Assembly: GCA_964019335.1 (NCBI GenBank)
Contig: OZ025677.1
Span: forward strand, 372,001-436,000
DNA: 64,000 nt
From: Diplonema japonicum
Lineage: Eukaryota > Protista > Euglenozoa: Diplonemea
Reading direction: 5' to 3'
Below the pieces are notes generated by a model. It worked only from the letters and a program-made list of their open reading frames with translations, was not told the DNA's origin and did no database searches. A program made the position numbers and the translations under genes. Shown in pieces: positions 1-10,292 of this stretch (position 1 is its first letter; every line of letters starts with the position of its first letter).

Positions 1-938
1 GGGACCGACAATATAAGAAGCCCCGCCCCTGAATCGGCTACATAAAGGTACCCACCTTCCAAGTACAATGCAACCGCCTTCCCGTTGGTGTTGTAGCTTG
101 CGATCACGGCTGAAGGAAATGCCGGATTAATTACGTCATGAACCCCCACCCCAGATGTATCGCCAGCTACATAGAGGTACCTTCCGTCACCGGAGACGAG
201 CACGCCCTCGGCATCCGTACCAGAAGTAGGGATGGTGGCTAACAGCTGCGGAGTGTAGGGGTCGACTACCCTGACGACCTTCACGCCGCCTGCCATGTCA
301 GCAACGTAGACAGTACCCGAGTGGTACCATACATCACGTGCGTTGACGGTGGCTAAGCTGTTGGTGACGATGGGGTTGTAGGGGTCGGACACGTCCATGA
401 TGTACAAGCCAGCGGAAGAAGCAGCGACGTAGATGAAGAAGCCGGAGGAAACGACCTCGAAGGCGGCATCTGCGGTGGGGACTGTTCTGAGGATGGTGGG
501 GCTCGAGGGGGTGCTTACATCCACGATGACGAGGCCAGTGTTGGCGGCAGCAACATAGAGGATGTTCCCCTTCACAGCCATGCCCTTTGCGTAGGGCCCG
601 GGGATGACAAAGGTGGTCAGGACGATGGGGCTGGAGGGTGTTGTGATGTCGAAGATCTTTACGTCACCAGGCCCCTCAGCGCAGAACAAGATGTTCCCAG
701 AGATCTCAACGTCCCTAGCATTGTCAAAGGTGGGGTAGCTCGCTATGTTGAACGGGGCATTACGGTTTGTCACGTCTACAAGCAGCAGGCCACTGTTCCC
801 GTCCGCCACGTAGCAGATATTCCCAAGGCACCTTGTGTCCCGTGCTGTTCCCACCGTGTCTATCTCGCCTACGTAGGTAGGCCACGCCATGGACAGACTG
901 CATAGCAATCCCACAGTTGATACAAATCGTAGAAGCAT
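1..938 (-). CDS. Secreted LVIVD-repeat (beta-propeller) protein, 3'-partial (runs off the window start)
   Basis: Not in the ORF track; translated by hand from the ATG at 938. Signal-peptide-like MLLRFVSTVGLLCSLSMAWP is followed by about 42-aa repeats: CYVADGNSGLLLVDVTN, LYVAAANTGLVIVDVSTPSSP, IYVAASSAGLYIMDVSDPYNP, LYVADSGAGLLILSV. An AG lies at 944-945 just upstream. Confidence 0.88.
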   Translation of the reverse strand, partial: MLLRFVSTVGLLCSLSMAWPTYVGEIDTVGTARDTRCLGNICYVADGNSGLLLVDVTNRNAPFNIASYPTFDNARDVEISGNILFCAEGPGDVKIFDITTPSSPIVLTTFVIPGPYAKGMAVKGNILYVAAANTGLVIVDVSTPSSPTILRTVPTADAAFEVVSSGFFIYVAASSAGLYIMDVSDPYNPIVTNSLATVNARDVWYHSGTVYVADMAGGVKVVRVVDPYTPQLLATIPTSGTDAEGVLVSGDGRYLYVAGDTSGVGVHDVINPAFPSAVIASYNTNGKAVALYLEGGYLYVADSGAGLLILSV

Positions 939-2096
939 ATTGCCTGAGAACGTGAGCAAAAGATAAATAGTTTAAAAATGATATTTGAAAATAATAAATA
1001 ATAATAAAAAGAAAAGGATGGGAGGGCAAGGGGAAGAAGAAAAAAAGAGGGGGGGGGGAAAGGATGGGGGAAAAGATTTTTAAAAATAAAAATAAATAAA
1101 TAAAAAAGGAATGGGGAGGAGCAGGAGGAGGAGGCGAGATTCGTTTACATCGCCACCATTTCCCCCCAAAACCCCACCCCATGCTTTTCTTCTCTTTTCT
1201 TTTTTTCTTGTGTTAATGTGGGGGGGGGGGGTTCTTTATTTTCCTTGCATGCCTCTTAATACTGTCCCGTACAATAGAACTTAAGAGATTTACAATGTTT
1301 CTTTTTTCTTTTTCTTTTGTCCTCTTGAGCTTGTTCGAAGAAAAAGGACAGCAAAGCAAGCCCATATCCTATTTTCTTTTTTTATGATACTAAAAGTTTC
1401 GAATTGAAGACAGAGTTCGGGGGGAGAAAAAAGAAAAGCGTTGACTGTTGCGCACGGAGACATCCCCAAATCTCTTTTTTTTCTCGCCAATAGCATCTTT
1501 TCTTTTTCTTTTCATTTTTGTCCAGACAACAAGAGAAAAGAAAAAAAGGGAATTGGGCAGTTATGTGAACTTCTACAAAGATGCCCGAGTGGATTAAGCA
1601 CCATTTTATTATTCTTGGGGAAAATGCGGTAAAAAGAAAATCTTTTTTTTTTTTGTGTGCGCGTGTGTTTTTCTTTTTCTTCTTTTTCTCTGCTTTCACT
1701 TTCTTTGTTTCTTCTTATTTTCTTTTTCTATTTTTTTTTTTCTAATTTTCCAAAAAAAAAAAAAAAAAGAGAAAAGTACTTATATATTGTACCTTCTTCT
1801 GTACTTAAGAAAGCAGTTTTTTATTTCTTTTATTTTTTATTTTTTTCTTTTTCTTATTGCCATAGGATATAAAAACTAACAAGAAAATTTAACAAGAAAA
1901 AAAAAAAGAGAAAAAAGAAAGGACGATTATGTATATTTTGCCTTTTTCTTTTTTTTTCTTTCTTTTCGTTCTCAATGGAAAACCATTAATTTCTACGAAA
2001 GCTCATTATTGGTTGTGGTTATGGAGTAAAGAGAAAGGGTTGGGTAGAAGCAATAGACACCCTTCGGCTATCCAGAGGATGGGGTAACTGCTTCTG

Positions 2097-4460
2097 TTTT
2101 TTTTTTTTTTTCCCTATAAAAAGGAACAAAACTCGATAAAATTTCAGTGTGCATGGGGGTGCTCACTGTTCAGGTAGAAATTCACACTAATCGGTCACCG
2201 TTCTGCGGTTGCTGTCTGGTGCCTGCGGTGGCTGTTTGTCGCGATGAGATGGACGGCATCTGGGCGAGAAACACTGCTTGGAGTCGTGCTAGGTAGGGGG
2301 GGGTTTGGCTCGAGGAGAAGAGTGGTCTCCTGTCGTAGCCGTGTGCCGTCGGGCCCCCAAGATGTCGAAGGGTATGCACCCTTGATTTGGCGTTGGCGGG
2401 GAAGGCTGACCTTCCACAGCGTGCTGAGCATTTCTGGATGCGACCCAAGATGTATCGCATCCTTGCGGCCTTCTCCGTGAGCAGGTCCTGATCGTCGAGG
2501 GGACCTATGAGTGATCGGCGGGTGGTCTGCTCATAGTCTATGGCGAGTTCCATTGTAGTGACGGAAGTTTTCTTCTTACCATCGTACCATCGTAGGCCTC
2601 TTAGCCACTTGAGGACGTTCTTCAGATGAAAGGTCAGGACCGCGCCTGACGCCCCGTTCGCCTTCAGCAACGCTTCCGTCGGAACATCATGTTGCCTCCC
2701 TGTCGTTACCTCATCCCAAGGGTTGGAGGTGAGCACTCTCTTGCTTTTTTCCGCTGCTCTGGCGTCACGGACCGTCACTACTTTCAGGAGGTATTGTTGC
2801 ACCATCCTGGCACGTTCTTTCCCTGCTTTGTCGGCTCCTCTTGGGACTATCCCGTGAAGGGCTGTGGCAGCTGGGAGGCCTTCTCGCTTCACCTCTGCGT
2901 ATTGCTCGCTTTCCAACACACTCCTTGCCGGCTCGCACTCCCACAGTGCATGCTCCGTCATGCTGGTCGTTGTCTGGGACCGGTGGTCGCAAACGTCACA
3001 CGCTAATGCTGGGTTTTCCACACCAGGGCCATCCAATTTTCTCCCCCACACCCTCGGGTGAGTCGTGAACACTGCACCACTAATGATGCGCCGCAACCTA
3101 AAGGACACCAACGGTCTCCGGGCCTGGAGCTTTTTCCACCAATAGTTCGTGGACGGGCACGCCCCTGCCTCCATCCCCACGAAGGTTGATCTCTTCTCGA
3201 TCAGCCTCTTCGCAACTGCCGGTCTGATGGCTTGCCTCACTTTGTGAGCCACCGCTGTATCTCCGTGCAGGTCGGCCACAAAGGACCATCCCTTCCCCAG
3301 AAAGGGGAGCCATCTGTTCCGCAGGACTCCAATCGGACCCATCACCTCATCGTCATCACGGTCCTGGTATAGACCAATGATCTCACCAACACGCTGCCGC
3401 AAACGCGGAGAGGCCAGGCTCTCCCGGACCAAGCTGTTTATCGTTCCGTAGATGACCTTCGACAGCGGATGTGCCGTATGCCCTGGCAGCAGAACGCTCA
3501 GTACAGACACGGGGTTTCTCATCCCGAACTGGGGGCCCCACAGGGAGACCACTGCCGCTGTACACATCTTCTTCAGCTGGTCGTCCGAGGGTGCCGCATA
3601 CGTTGCTCCGTACAGACACGACGGTAGCACAGTGCTCGTCAACATCGTCGACTTGTTCTCAAACCCTAGTGGCAAAGCTCCGAGACGGGTCAGGCGTCCC
3701 TCCGCTGCGTCCAGCTTGTCCAGCCTGTGATTCCCATCCATGCTCAGGTTCACGCCAAGTGATTTGATCTCCCCAGCTACCTTGAACGAGGAACCGGTGC
3801 ATACTAAACTAGGGCCGATCTCGTTTTTCGTCGAGAATCCCTGCGACTTCTTTCCGTTGAGGCGCATCTCTGTCCGGTCCCCGAACTCGATCACCTTGTT
3901 GGTCGCCCTTGTCAGGACCTCCGCTAAACGCGCCAGGAGGTACACGTCATCCGCGTACGAAAGTGACCAAGCTCCTGGTACTTCCGTCATCACGCACTTC
4001 ACCATCACCGACACCAAGGCGTTCACCATGATTACCGAGATGGGGCACCCTTGCAGGATACCATTCGTCACTCGGAACTCTGAGCCAACACCTGTCGGGA
4101 AACGGAATCGCCGCTTCAGGTTCGCATACATAGCTTTCAAGGGGGTCAGTATCCGCTCGTGCAAACCGAGATCTTGCATCAGGCCAAAAGCTATCTGCTG
4201 TGGGACTCTGTCGAAGCACTTGACAAAATCCAACGCAATGCCGTTGAGAGGGGTGCCTGTCAACAGCGCCTCTTCGAGCTGTGTACTGAGCTCCATCAGA
4301 ATGCTATCCGTGCCTCTCTTCGGTCTGAAACCATGCTGAGAGTCGTCGATCCATTTCTCTTGCCACAGCGTGATGTCACGCAGCCTCGCACATGCCCACA
4401 GCCGATAGACCGCGCTCGTGACTGTGATCGGCCGATGGTTCAGAGGAGTCCTCTCGCCGA
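2097..4460 (-). mobile_element. 5'-truncated non-LTR retrotransposon (LINE-like)
   Basis: GC-rich RT ORF begins abruptly at about 4460, next to low-complexity DNA. A short 3' UTR is followed by an A-run (T-run at 2097-2111 on +). Related 3'-end fragments occur at about 4730 and 16100. Confidence 0.85.
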
Positions 4461-4551
4461 ACAAAAAAAAACTATCAACATCGCCAGAAGAAGGAACACC
4501 ACACCAGAAAGAGGAATAGACCCCCCCCCCACCCATTTTCTTTGTGTTCAT
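2182..4551 (-). CDS. Non-LTR retrotransposon reverse transcriptase with C-terminal CCHC zinc knuckle; true coding part starts at about 4460
   Basis: Motifs HRPITV, QHGFRPKRG, LDFVKCFDRV, GILQGCPIS and YADD, plus CDVC...EHALWEC. The first ~30 aa of the listed ORF are low-complexity flank. Confidence 0.88.
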   Translation of the reverse strand: MNTKKMGGGGVYSSFWCGVPSSGDVDSFFLFGERTPLNHRPITVTSAVYRLWACARLRDITLWQEKWIDDSQHGFRPKRGTDSILMELSTQLEEALLTGTPLNGIALDFVKCFDRVPQQIAFGLMQDLGLHERILTPLKAMYANLKRRFRFPTGVGSEFRVTNGILQGCPISVIMVNALVSVMVKCVMTEVPGAWSLSYADDVYLLARLAEVLTRATNKVIEFGDRTEMRLNGKKSQGFSTKNEIGPSLVCTGSSFKVAGEIKSLGVNLSMDGNHRLDKLDAAEGRLTRLGALPLGFENKSTMLTSTVLPSCLYGATYAAPSDDQLKKMCTAAVVSLWGPQFGMRNPVSVLSVLLPGHTAHPLSKVIYGTINSLVRESLASPRLRQRVGEIIGLYQDRDDDEVMGPIGVLRNRWLPFLGKGWSFVADLHGDTAVAHKVRQAIRPAVAKRLIEKRSTFVGMEAGACPSTNYWWKKLQARRPLVSFRLRRIISGAVFTTHPRVWGRKLDGPGVENPALACDVCDHRSQTTTSMTEHALWECEPARSVLESEQYAEVKREGLPAATALHGIVPRGADKAGKERARMVQQYLLKVVTVRDARAAEKSKRVLTSNPWDEVTTGRQHDVPTEALLKANGASGAVLTFHLKNVLKWLRGLRWYDGKKKTSVTTMELAIDYEQTTRRSLIGPLDDQDLLTEKAARMRYILGRIQKCSARCGRSAFPANAKSRVHTLRHLGGPTAHGYDRRPLFSSSQTPPYLARLQAVFLAQMPSISSRQTATAGTRQQPQNGDRLV

Positions 4552-4729
4552 TATTTCTTTATTTTCTCTTTTCTTTTTTTGAGAAACCTAATTCTTACAG
4601 GTTTTCTCTTAAGCTTTGTGGGGAGCACTAGGGTGGGAAAAAAAAAAACAAAAAAAAAAAAAGAGAAGAATTTTAAAAGAAGGAAACAGACAGAGTGCTT
4701 TCAAGCATAAAAACAGAAGATCGTTACAT

Positions 4730-4835
4730 AATTTCAGTGTGTTCACTGTTCATAAAGAATCATCTGGGCAAGAAGCACGGTAAGGTGCAGCTGTCGCGAG
4801 GACAAGTAGTGGGTGCCTCGTTGCCTGTGTCCTGT
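4730..4835 (-). repeat. Degenerate, internally deleted relic of the LINE 3' end
   Basis: Blocks aatttcagtgtg/tcactgttca, catctgggcaagaagcac and cgaggacaagtagtgg..tcgttgcctgtgtcc match 2140-2172, 2257-2274 and 2311-2347 in colinear order. Confidence 0.6.
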
Positions 4836-5436
4836 TCCTGTGAACAACTCCTTGCTACGCAAGAAATCACCCTAGGGGACGTTCTTCTTTCTTTTCAAAA
4901 CCATGAAAACGGAAAAGGATTTAAAAAAAAAAAAGGTAACGTGATAAAGACTGCAACTACCTGAACGAAGGAAGACAATAAAAAGGGGGGGAGGGCAAAC
5001 AAAAAAAAAGAGAAAAAGAGAAAATAAGGAAGAAAGAAGTATGCTGTTTGCTGTTCAGTAATAAACCGGGGGGGAAAAGAAATTGAAAAAAAGAAAGAAA
5101 AAAAAATAATACAGGAACGGAACAAAAAAAAGGGGGGGGAAGAAAAAAGAAAAAAAAGAAAAAAAAGAAAAATCCACGCACTATCACCGGCAAAGGCGCT
5201 TGCAAGGAAACGAGAGGGAATAAGAAAGAAGGAAGAAAGAAGAAGAAAAAAAAGAATAGAAGGAAAAAGTAACATACATAGATTCAAGAACATGGGTAAG
5301 GCGGTAGCTTAAGGGCACCAACCGAGGCAGGACAACACATTTCTTCTTTTTTTTCTTCTTTTTTTTTTCCGTTTGGAAACAAAAAAATAAAAATAAAAAT
5401 AAAAAAGGTTCAGTCAGGCTATGATGGTAATATAAA

Positions 5437-5470
<34 letters not shown>

Positions 5471-5630
5471 GCAAAACCGCTAGCATTTCATTTCCACGCA
5501 TTTTTGTAGCAACAAGCGCTCTCTCACCACCATAGCAACAAGGGGAAGGGGAGGGGTAACCTACACCAGCGAACCGGAGCAGTTATCTATTTTCTTTTTT
5601 TTTTTTTTTTTTTTTTTTATATTGTATTTA

Positions 5631-5825
5631 CCGTATTTGGACTTGATATGAAACGGAAAAAAAACTCCGATCAGAAATTCTTCGATTTCTTCATCCCGTC
5701 ACCCATCTGACAAACCCGGGTGGAGAAGAGCTAAAGAACCAAAAGTCCCATAACTGTCGCGGTATCGTTCCAAACAAATTTCTGTTCGAAATACGTATTC
5801 GTTCCAATATTAAGTCCAAACGCGG
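5631..5825. mobile_element. pogo/Tc1-mariner-like MITE (195 bp)
   Basis: Imperfect TIR CCGTATTTGGACTTGATAT vs reverse complement CCGCGTTTGGACTTAATAT. TA precedes the left end; the right flank is TG. Confidence 0.65.
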
Positions 5826-5859
5826 TGCCCTTGAATCAAAAAAAAAAAACCCTTTTTAA

Positions 5860-6205
5860 CCTGATGCACACTGCTCCAATTTTGCAATTTTGGTCCTTGG
5901 GTGGAGTAAATACGGGCAGCATGCAAGTATGGACTACAACCAGGAGAACTCATTAAAGGGAATGGAAAAGATAGTACGAGTTCACTCCTTGTCGCATCAA
6001 ACCGTGTCGCAAAAAGCATCACCGAGAAGCTCTTTCGTAAGCCATAAGCCGTTTTGGAAGGGTTGCAGAGGCTATGGGGACTTCTAAAAGCAAGAATATC
6101 TTTTTGTACCTCGCTGAAGAGAGGGGGTGGTAGAGGTTAAAAAGTACTTCAAAAAAACACGAAATCTTTCAAACGACAATTTATTGCACCTTGGTGTGCA
6201 TCAGG
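5860..6205. mobile_element. piggyBac-type MITE (346 bp), second family
   Basis: Perfect 12-bp TIR CCTGATGCACAC (5860-5871 and 6194-6205), flanked by TTAA on both sides (5856-5859 and 6206-6209). Confidence 0.85.
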
Positions 6206-6340
6206 TTAAAATAAAAAACAAGGGGGGGGGTATTATGATGCACTTTTTCCTTTTTCTTCCTTCTATTATTTTCTATTCGTATTTCTTCTTTTTTTGTTTT
6301 CTTTTTCCCATTTTCTTTTTATTTTTTCTTTTTTTAAATT

Positions 6341-7731
6341 TCACTGTTTCAAGGTCTGGAAGAACAGCCTGAAAGTGAGGTACCCAGTGAGGGCCTCGCG
6401 AAGCTCGGAAAGGTTGGTGACAAGCTGGCCGTTCACTTTGAGGATTTTATATCTCTTCTCAAATTGATGGCAAGACCTGAACGCTGGGGTGCCCTTCTTA
6501 ACGCCCAGCAAATGGAGAGAGGGTGATAGGACAAGGCCGGAGTTGCGGAAGTCCTGACCTTCGGCTAAGTGCACATAAACCTCATTGTTGGAATCGAAGG
6601 TGAGGTTCGTGCGAAGGGCGGAGGACAAGTGCTGAAGGAGCGCGGGGAGGGAGGCTACGGGAGTGTCATCGATGTGAGTGAGCGCCATGCCCCGCATGCT
6701 GCGGAGGTGCCGTGTGGTCGCCTTCTTAGGAACGTCCACCAGCACCAAGGCATCGTTGAACTTCAGCCCAAAGGACTCATCAACAGACTCCCTCGTGATG
6801 ACCGCCTCTGAGGGCACTGCCACAGCAGTCTGCGGTGCCGCCAGCCGCGTAGTGTCAAACACCATCGATATCCACCTCTGCCCTGCACACCTCTCGCTGA
6901 CCTCCCTGTCGTCCCCGTCTAGTCCGTGCCCGTTCAGCACGATCAGACGCTTCCCCAAGTGCTCCCCGCACCCTGCCTTCTCCCCTGCGCTCCCCTCCAC
7001 CACGCTCACAAGCATGTTCTCTATAAAACCCAACCCCAACACATCGCTCGCTTCTTTCTTGATGTGCACCATCACAAAGTCCATCCCGGGAACCAGCACC
7101 GAGGGGGTCGTCGGGATGCAGCGTGACTTCACACTGTGCGAGATGTCTGACGTTTGGATCAACCTGTTTTTTTTCTTTTTTTTTTTTCTCTTTTTTTAAA
7201 ATCTTTTTCTGCGGACCTTATAGGGACCTTTGTGAACGCACCCCTCGCATTGTTGACAAAGGACAAAGTCAGCCACTGCTCTTCGTTCATTGGGATGTCT
7301 GGATAGGAGGCTGTCACCACCTCACGGTTGAACTTGTGCGACGGGTGGTGCACCCAGTGCATCCCGGTGGGGCAGTCCTTCAGCTCGAGGTAGAATCGTT
7401 TCCCCTTATCGGCGAAGAAGGCACGGAAGACATCTGAGAGGCAGACGACCTTGCTGATAGTGCCGTCCATGTGCGCAAAGGCAATGAAGTACTCCATGAC
7501 CACTAAGAAGCGCTCCTTCTTTCTCCCTGTCGCTTTGCACACCTTCTGCACGACTTCTATCCAGCATGCGCGCAGCTTCTTCAGCTTGTCTGGCACGCCC
7601 TTCATGTTCTCCAGCACTTTATGCTGCACCCACTTCGGGTGTGGCATGCTTTGGTCACTCTCAGTCGGCCCACGAAACCTTGAGGTGCTCCCACCATGTG
7701 AGCCGCTGCCGAGTGCGACCTTCGGCGGCAT
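6341..7731 (-). CDS. PH-like plus three PDZ-like domain protein; exons 7731-7217 and 7163-6341
   Basis: ATG (MPPKVALG) follows a pyrimidine tract and AG. A 53-nt GT..A-rich..CAG intron (7216-7164) joins the two ORFs in frame. PDZ-like repeats: LGLGF..KRLIVLNG, FGLKF..LTHIDD, SGLVL..KILKVNG. Confidence 0.7.
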
Positions 7732-7886
7732 TCTAAACCTGGTGAAACAATGACAATGGAGAAAAGAAGAAGGGGATAAAACTGACACATAGAAAAAACA
7801 GGCAGGGCAAAAAAAAAAAAAAAAAAAGCAAAACAAAAAAATAACATAGAACAAAAGAAAATGAAAAAAGGAAATAGGTGGGGGGT

Positions 7887-7992
7887 CAGGCTTCGTTGTC
7901 AAGCGTACGCGAACGCAAGAATCTGAAAAAGTGCGTACGGCGTACATTTGAACTACGTGCACGTACGGCCGTACGCCGACAACGTAGCCCTG
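7887..7992. repeat. Short inverted-repeat element with CAGG termini and repeated CGTACG motifs
   Basis: CAGGCTTCGTTGTCAAGCGTACG vs reverse complement CAGGGCTACGTTGTCGGCGTACG; flanked by G-runs. Confidence 0.5.
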
Positions 7993-8086
7993 GGGGGGGG
8001 GCGGAGCTCACAAAAAATAAATTTCTTTCTCTTTTCTATTTGTTTTCCTCTTTTCTTTCTCCTTTTCTCCTTCTTTCCCCATATTA

Positions 8087-8289
8087 TGACTCCGTCCAGC
8101 TAAAAGTGTGGAACGACACAGTCCGGTATTAATTTCTTGTTTCATCGTCACAATATCGCCCGACTCTAAGCTTTCCGGGTGGGACCATTTCGGTGTGTCA
8201 CGGTGTTAAAAAAAAGCTGTCCCATTCTTGACGATTTAAAAATGATAAAAACCGAAAAAAAACCCGCACTTCTAGCTGGGGTGGAGTCA
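8087..8289. mobile_element. TA-flanked MITE, TGACTCC family (copy A, 203 bp)
   Basis: TIR TGACTCCGTCCAGCTAAAAGTGTGG vs reverse complement TGACTCCACCCCAGCTAGAAGTGCGG, with TA on both sides. The same TIR type occurs at 50540-50767. Confidence 0.72.
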
Positions 8290-8581
8290 TATTATAATAT
8301 TCTAAAACCACTGCACGGGACAAAACGAAAAAACCCAGCATAAGGGGAAGGTCTCCGGGCTCAAGGGAAGGCGGGTTCACGTTCTTTCCGCTTGTATGGG
8401 TCACTGCGTGAAGAAAGAAAGCAACGCGTCCCTCCACCACTCCCATGTGGCGTGTGCCGCACAAGCGGCCGCACCCCGAGAGGACTATTCTCTTTGATCT
8501 CTCCCCTTAGCAGCCGTTGCACATACAAAGCGAACGTCCACGTCTTGTGGTACCAGGCAGCGTGGTGTCGGCAAGAACAGA

Positions 8582-8617
<36 letters not shown>

Positions 8618-9796
8618 AGATGTAGTGCCAGTGAACATGATGAATATCCCCCTTGTAAGGTCAGAAAGGTTTATTCGTCCTCTCCCCCTCCCCACCACTG
8701 TTTTTTCTTTCTTTCTTTTCCTTTTCGTTGCCATTATTTATCAGGGAGGGGGTGCTTATACGGGAAGGGGGGAACTGAACTAGTTGTATGTGAATTGAAC
8801 ATCTGTAAGAGAAAAAAAAGTGCAATGGGGGGGGTTCTTTTTTCCTTCCTTTTTCTTATTCTTCCTCTTTCCCCCTTTCTTTTTTTTTCCTTCCCAGGCC
8901 ACGGTGAAAATGCCCTCTCTGCGCTGCAATAGTGTTTGTGCACGTAAGCCCCACAAGCGATCACCTGTGACCCTCAGATCCCATGTGTCTGGCCAAGTGC
9001 TAAATAAATAATCCCTTTGTTCAGCATAGTAAAGAGGCTACAGACCGTGTTACCTAAACTTGTAGAACTTTTACGCTTAAGGAATACTCGCAAAGGGATG
9101 GGGGGGGGGGGGGGGAAGAAATCGACAACGTTTTAGTGTGCCGGGGGAGTGCCCACTGTAAGAAAGCGTTCAGCGTGCTGTTCGTCCTTTTTACTACCAT
9201 TTAACCCATGAGGGTGGACCAGGGTGTTAGCAGCCTTCGGCTGCAAAGTTGCAGCTGATAAAGGACCTAAGCAAAAAGACAAGGGGAGAGGGAGGCTGGA
9301 GGGTTAGAGAGAACCATAATAAATATTTTCCACAAAAAAAAAAACTATTAAAAAATGTGCATGCTTTGATTGCTTTCCTTTTCGGGAACTCTTTTCTTTT
9401 TTGATTTCTTTTGTTTTCTGAATTAAAAGGAGAATAAAAAGAAAAAACCTTTCTTTCTTTTTTTCTTTTCCTTCCGAAAATCTATGCTATTTTATAGGGG
9501 GAACTGCAGAATTGTTGAATTGGGGGAGAAAAAAAGAGGGGGGTGCGAAAGGTAGGGAAGTGATTTTTGTTTTCCTCATTCGACACCCCCTTTTTTTTTC
9601 TTTTTTCATCCTTCTTGTCTCTCTTTAGTTCTCCCTGTGTCTTGTTTTTTTCTTTTTCTTCCTTAATTCATTTTGTTGTTGATTTGTATTTGTTGTTGTT
9701 GCTGGGGAGGGGGGGGATGAAAAAGAAATAACTTTTGACGTGATCTACAGAAAAAAAGAAAATTTGTTTTAATGGTTAATTCTGGTTTTCCCCTTT

Positions 9797-9837
<41 letters not shown>

Positions 9838-10013
9838 CTTTTTCCCCCGGGCAACGAGAAGACAAAAAATGCGAACACAAAAAAAAGAAAAAAAAAAAAA
9901 AAGAAAAATAGCTAGCTGCTGCCAACAAGTACTAATTGTAATGGCTTTACCCCTTCCCCTGGGTGTTGCATATAAAATCGAAAAGGCACCTCGGCGGCAA
10001 TGTAAGTATTTTA

Positions 10014-10292
10014 TTTCACGACACTGAAATTACTTCACCACGTGATGCAAGGGGGTTATAGTGACAAGAAACCTGGTTGATCCTGCCAGTAGTCATATGC
10101 TTGTTTCAAGGATTAAGCCATGCAAGTCTCAGAGTAAATGGGTGACAAGGGTTACATTCAGGACTGTCCTAACATTAAGTCCTACAGCAAGTCCCCTATT
10201 TATTTCAATTCTGAAGTAATGAGATTTCTTTTTTAGATTCAGCGTGAACTAATGAGCCCCAGAGTGCGTCAAAGTAATTTGAGAAAGTGAAA
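10014..10292. mobile_element. TA-flanked MITE, TTTCAC family (copy 1), interrupted by an 18S rRNA fragment
   Basis: Ends TA|TTTCACGACACTGAAATTACTTCAC and GTCAAAGTAATTTGAGAAAGTGAAA|TA. Subterminal blocks (taatgagcccc; caagggg..gtgacaa..ggttaca) are shared with the inverted copy at 50980-51269. Confidence 0.7.
10070..10132 (+). pseudogene. 5'-terminal fragment (~63-70 nt) of 18S SSU rRNA
   Basis: AACCTGGTTGATCCTGCCAGTAGTCATATGCTTGTTTCAAGGATTAAGCCATGCAAGTCTCAG is the universal eukaryotic 18S 5' end. No further rRNA sequence follows. Confidence 0.95.

Noticed and set aside
760-2000. Many short F/K-rich ORFs here and in other spacers
   Set aside because: They are translations of A/T homopolymer tracts with no coding signal.
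8340-8616. GC-rich segment followed by a long A-run, a possible SINE
   Set aside because: No TSD, no second copy, and A-runs are ubiquitous here.
10061-10149. GTGACAAG direct repeat as a definite TSD, or the locus as a functional rRNA gene
   Set aside because: The sister MITE suggests the repeat partly pre-existed, and only ~65 nt of 18S is present.
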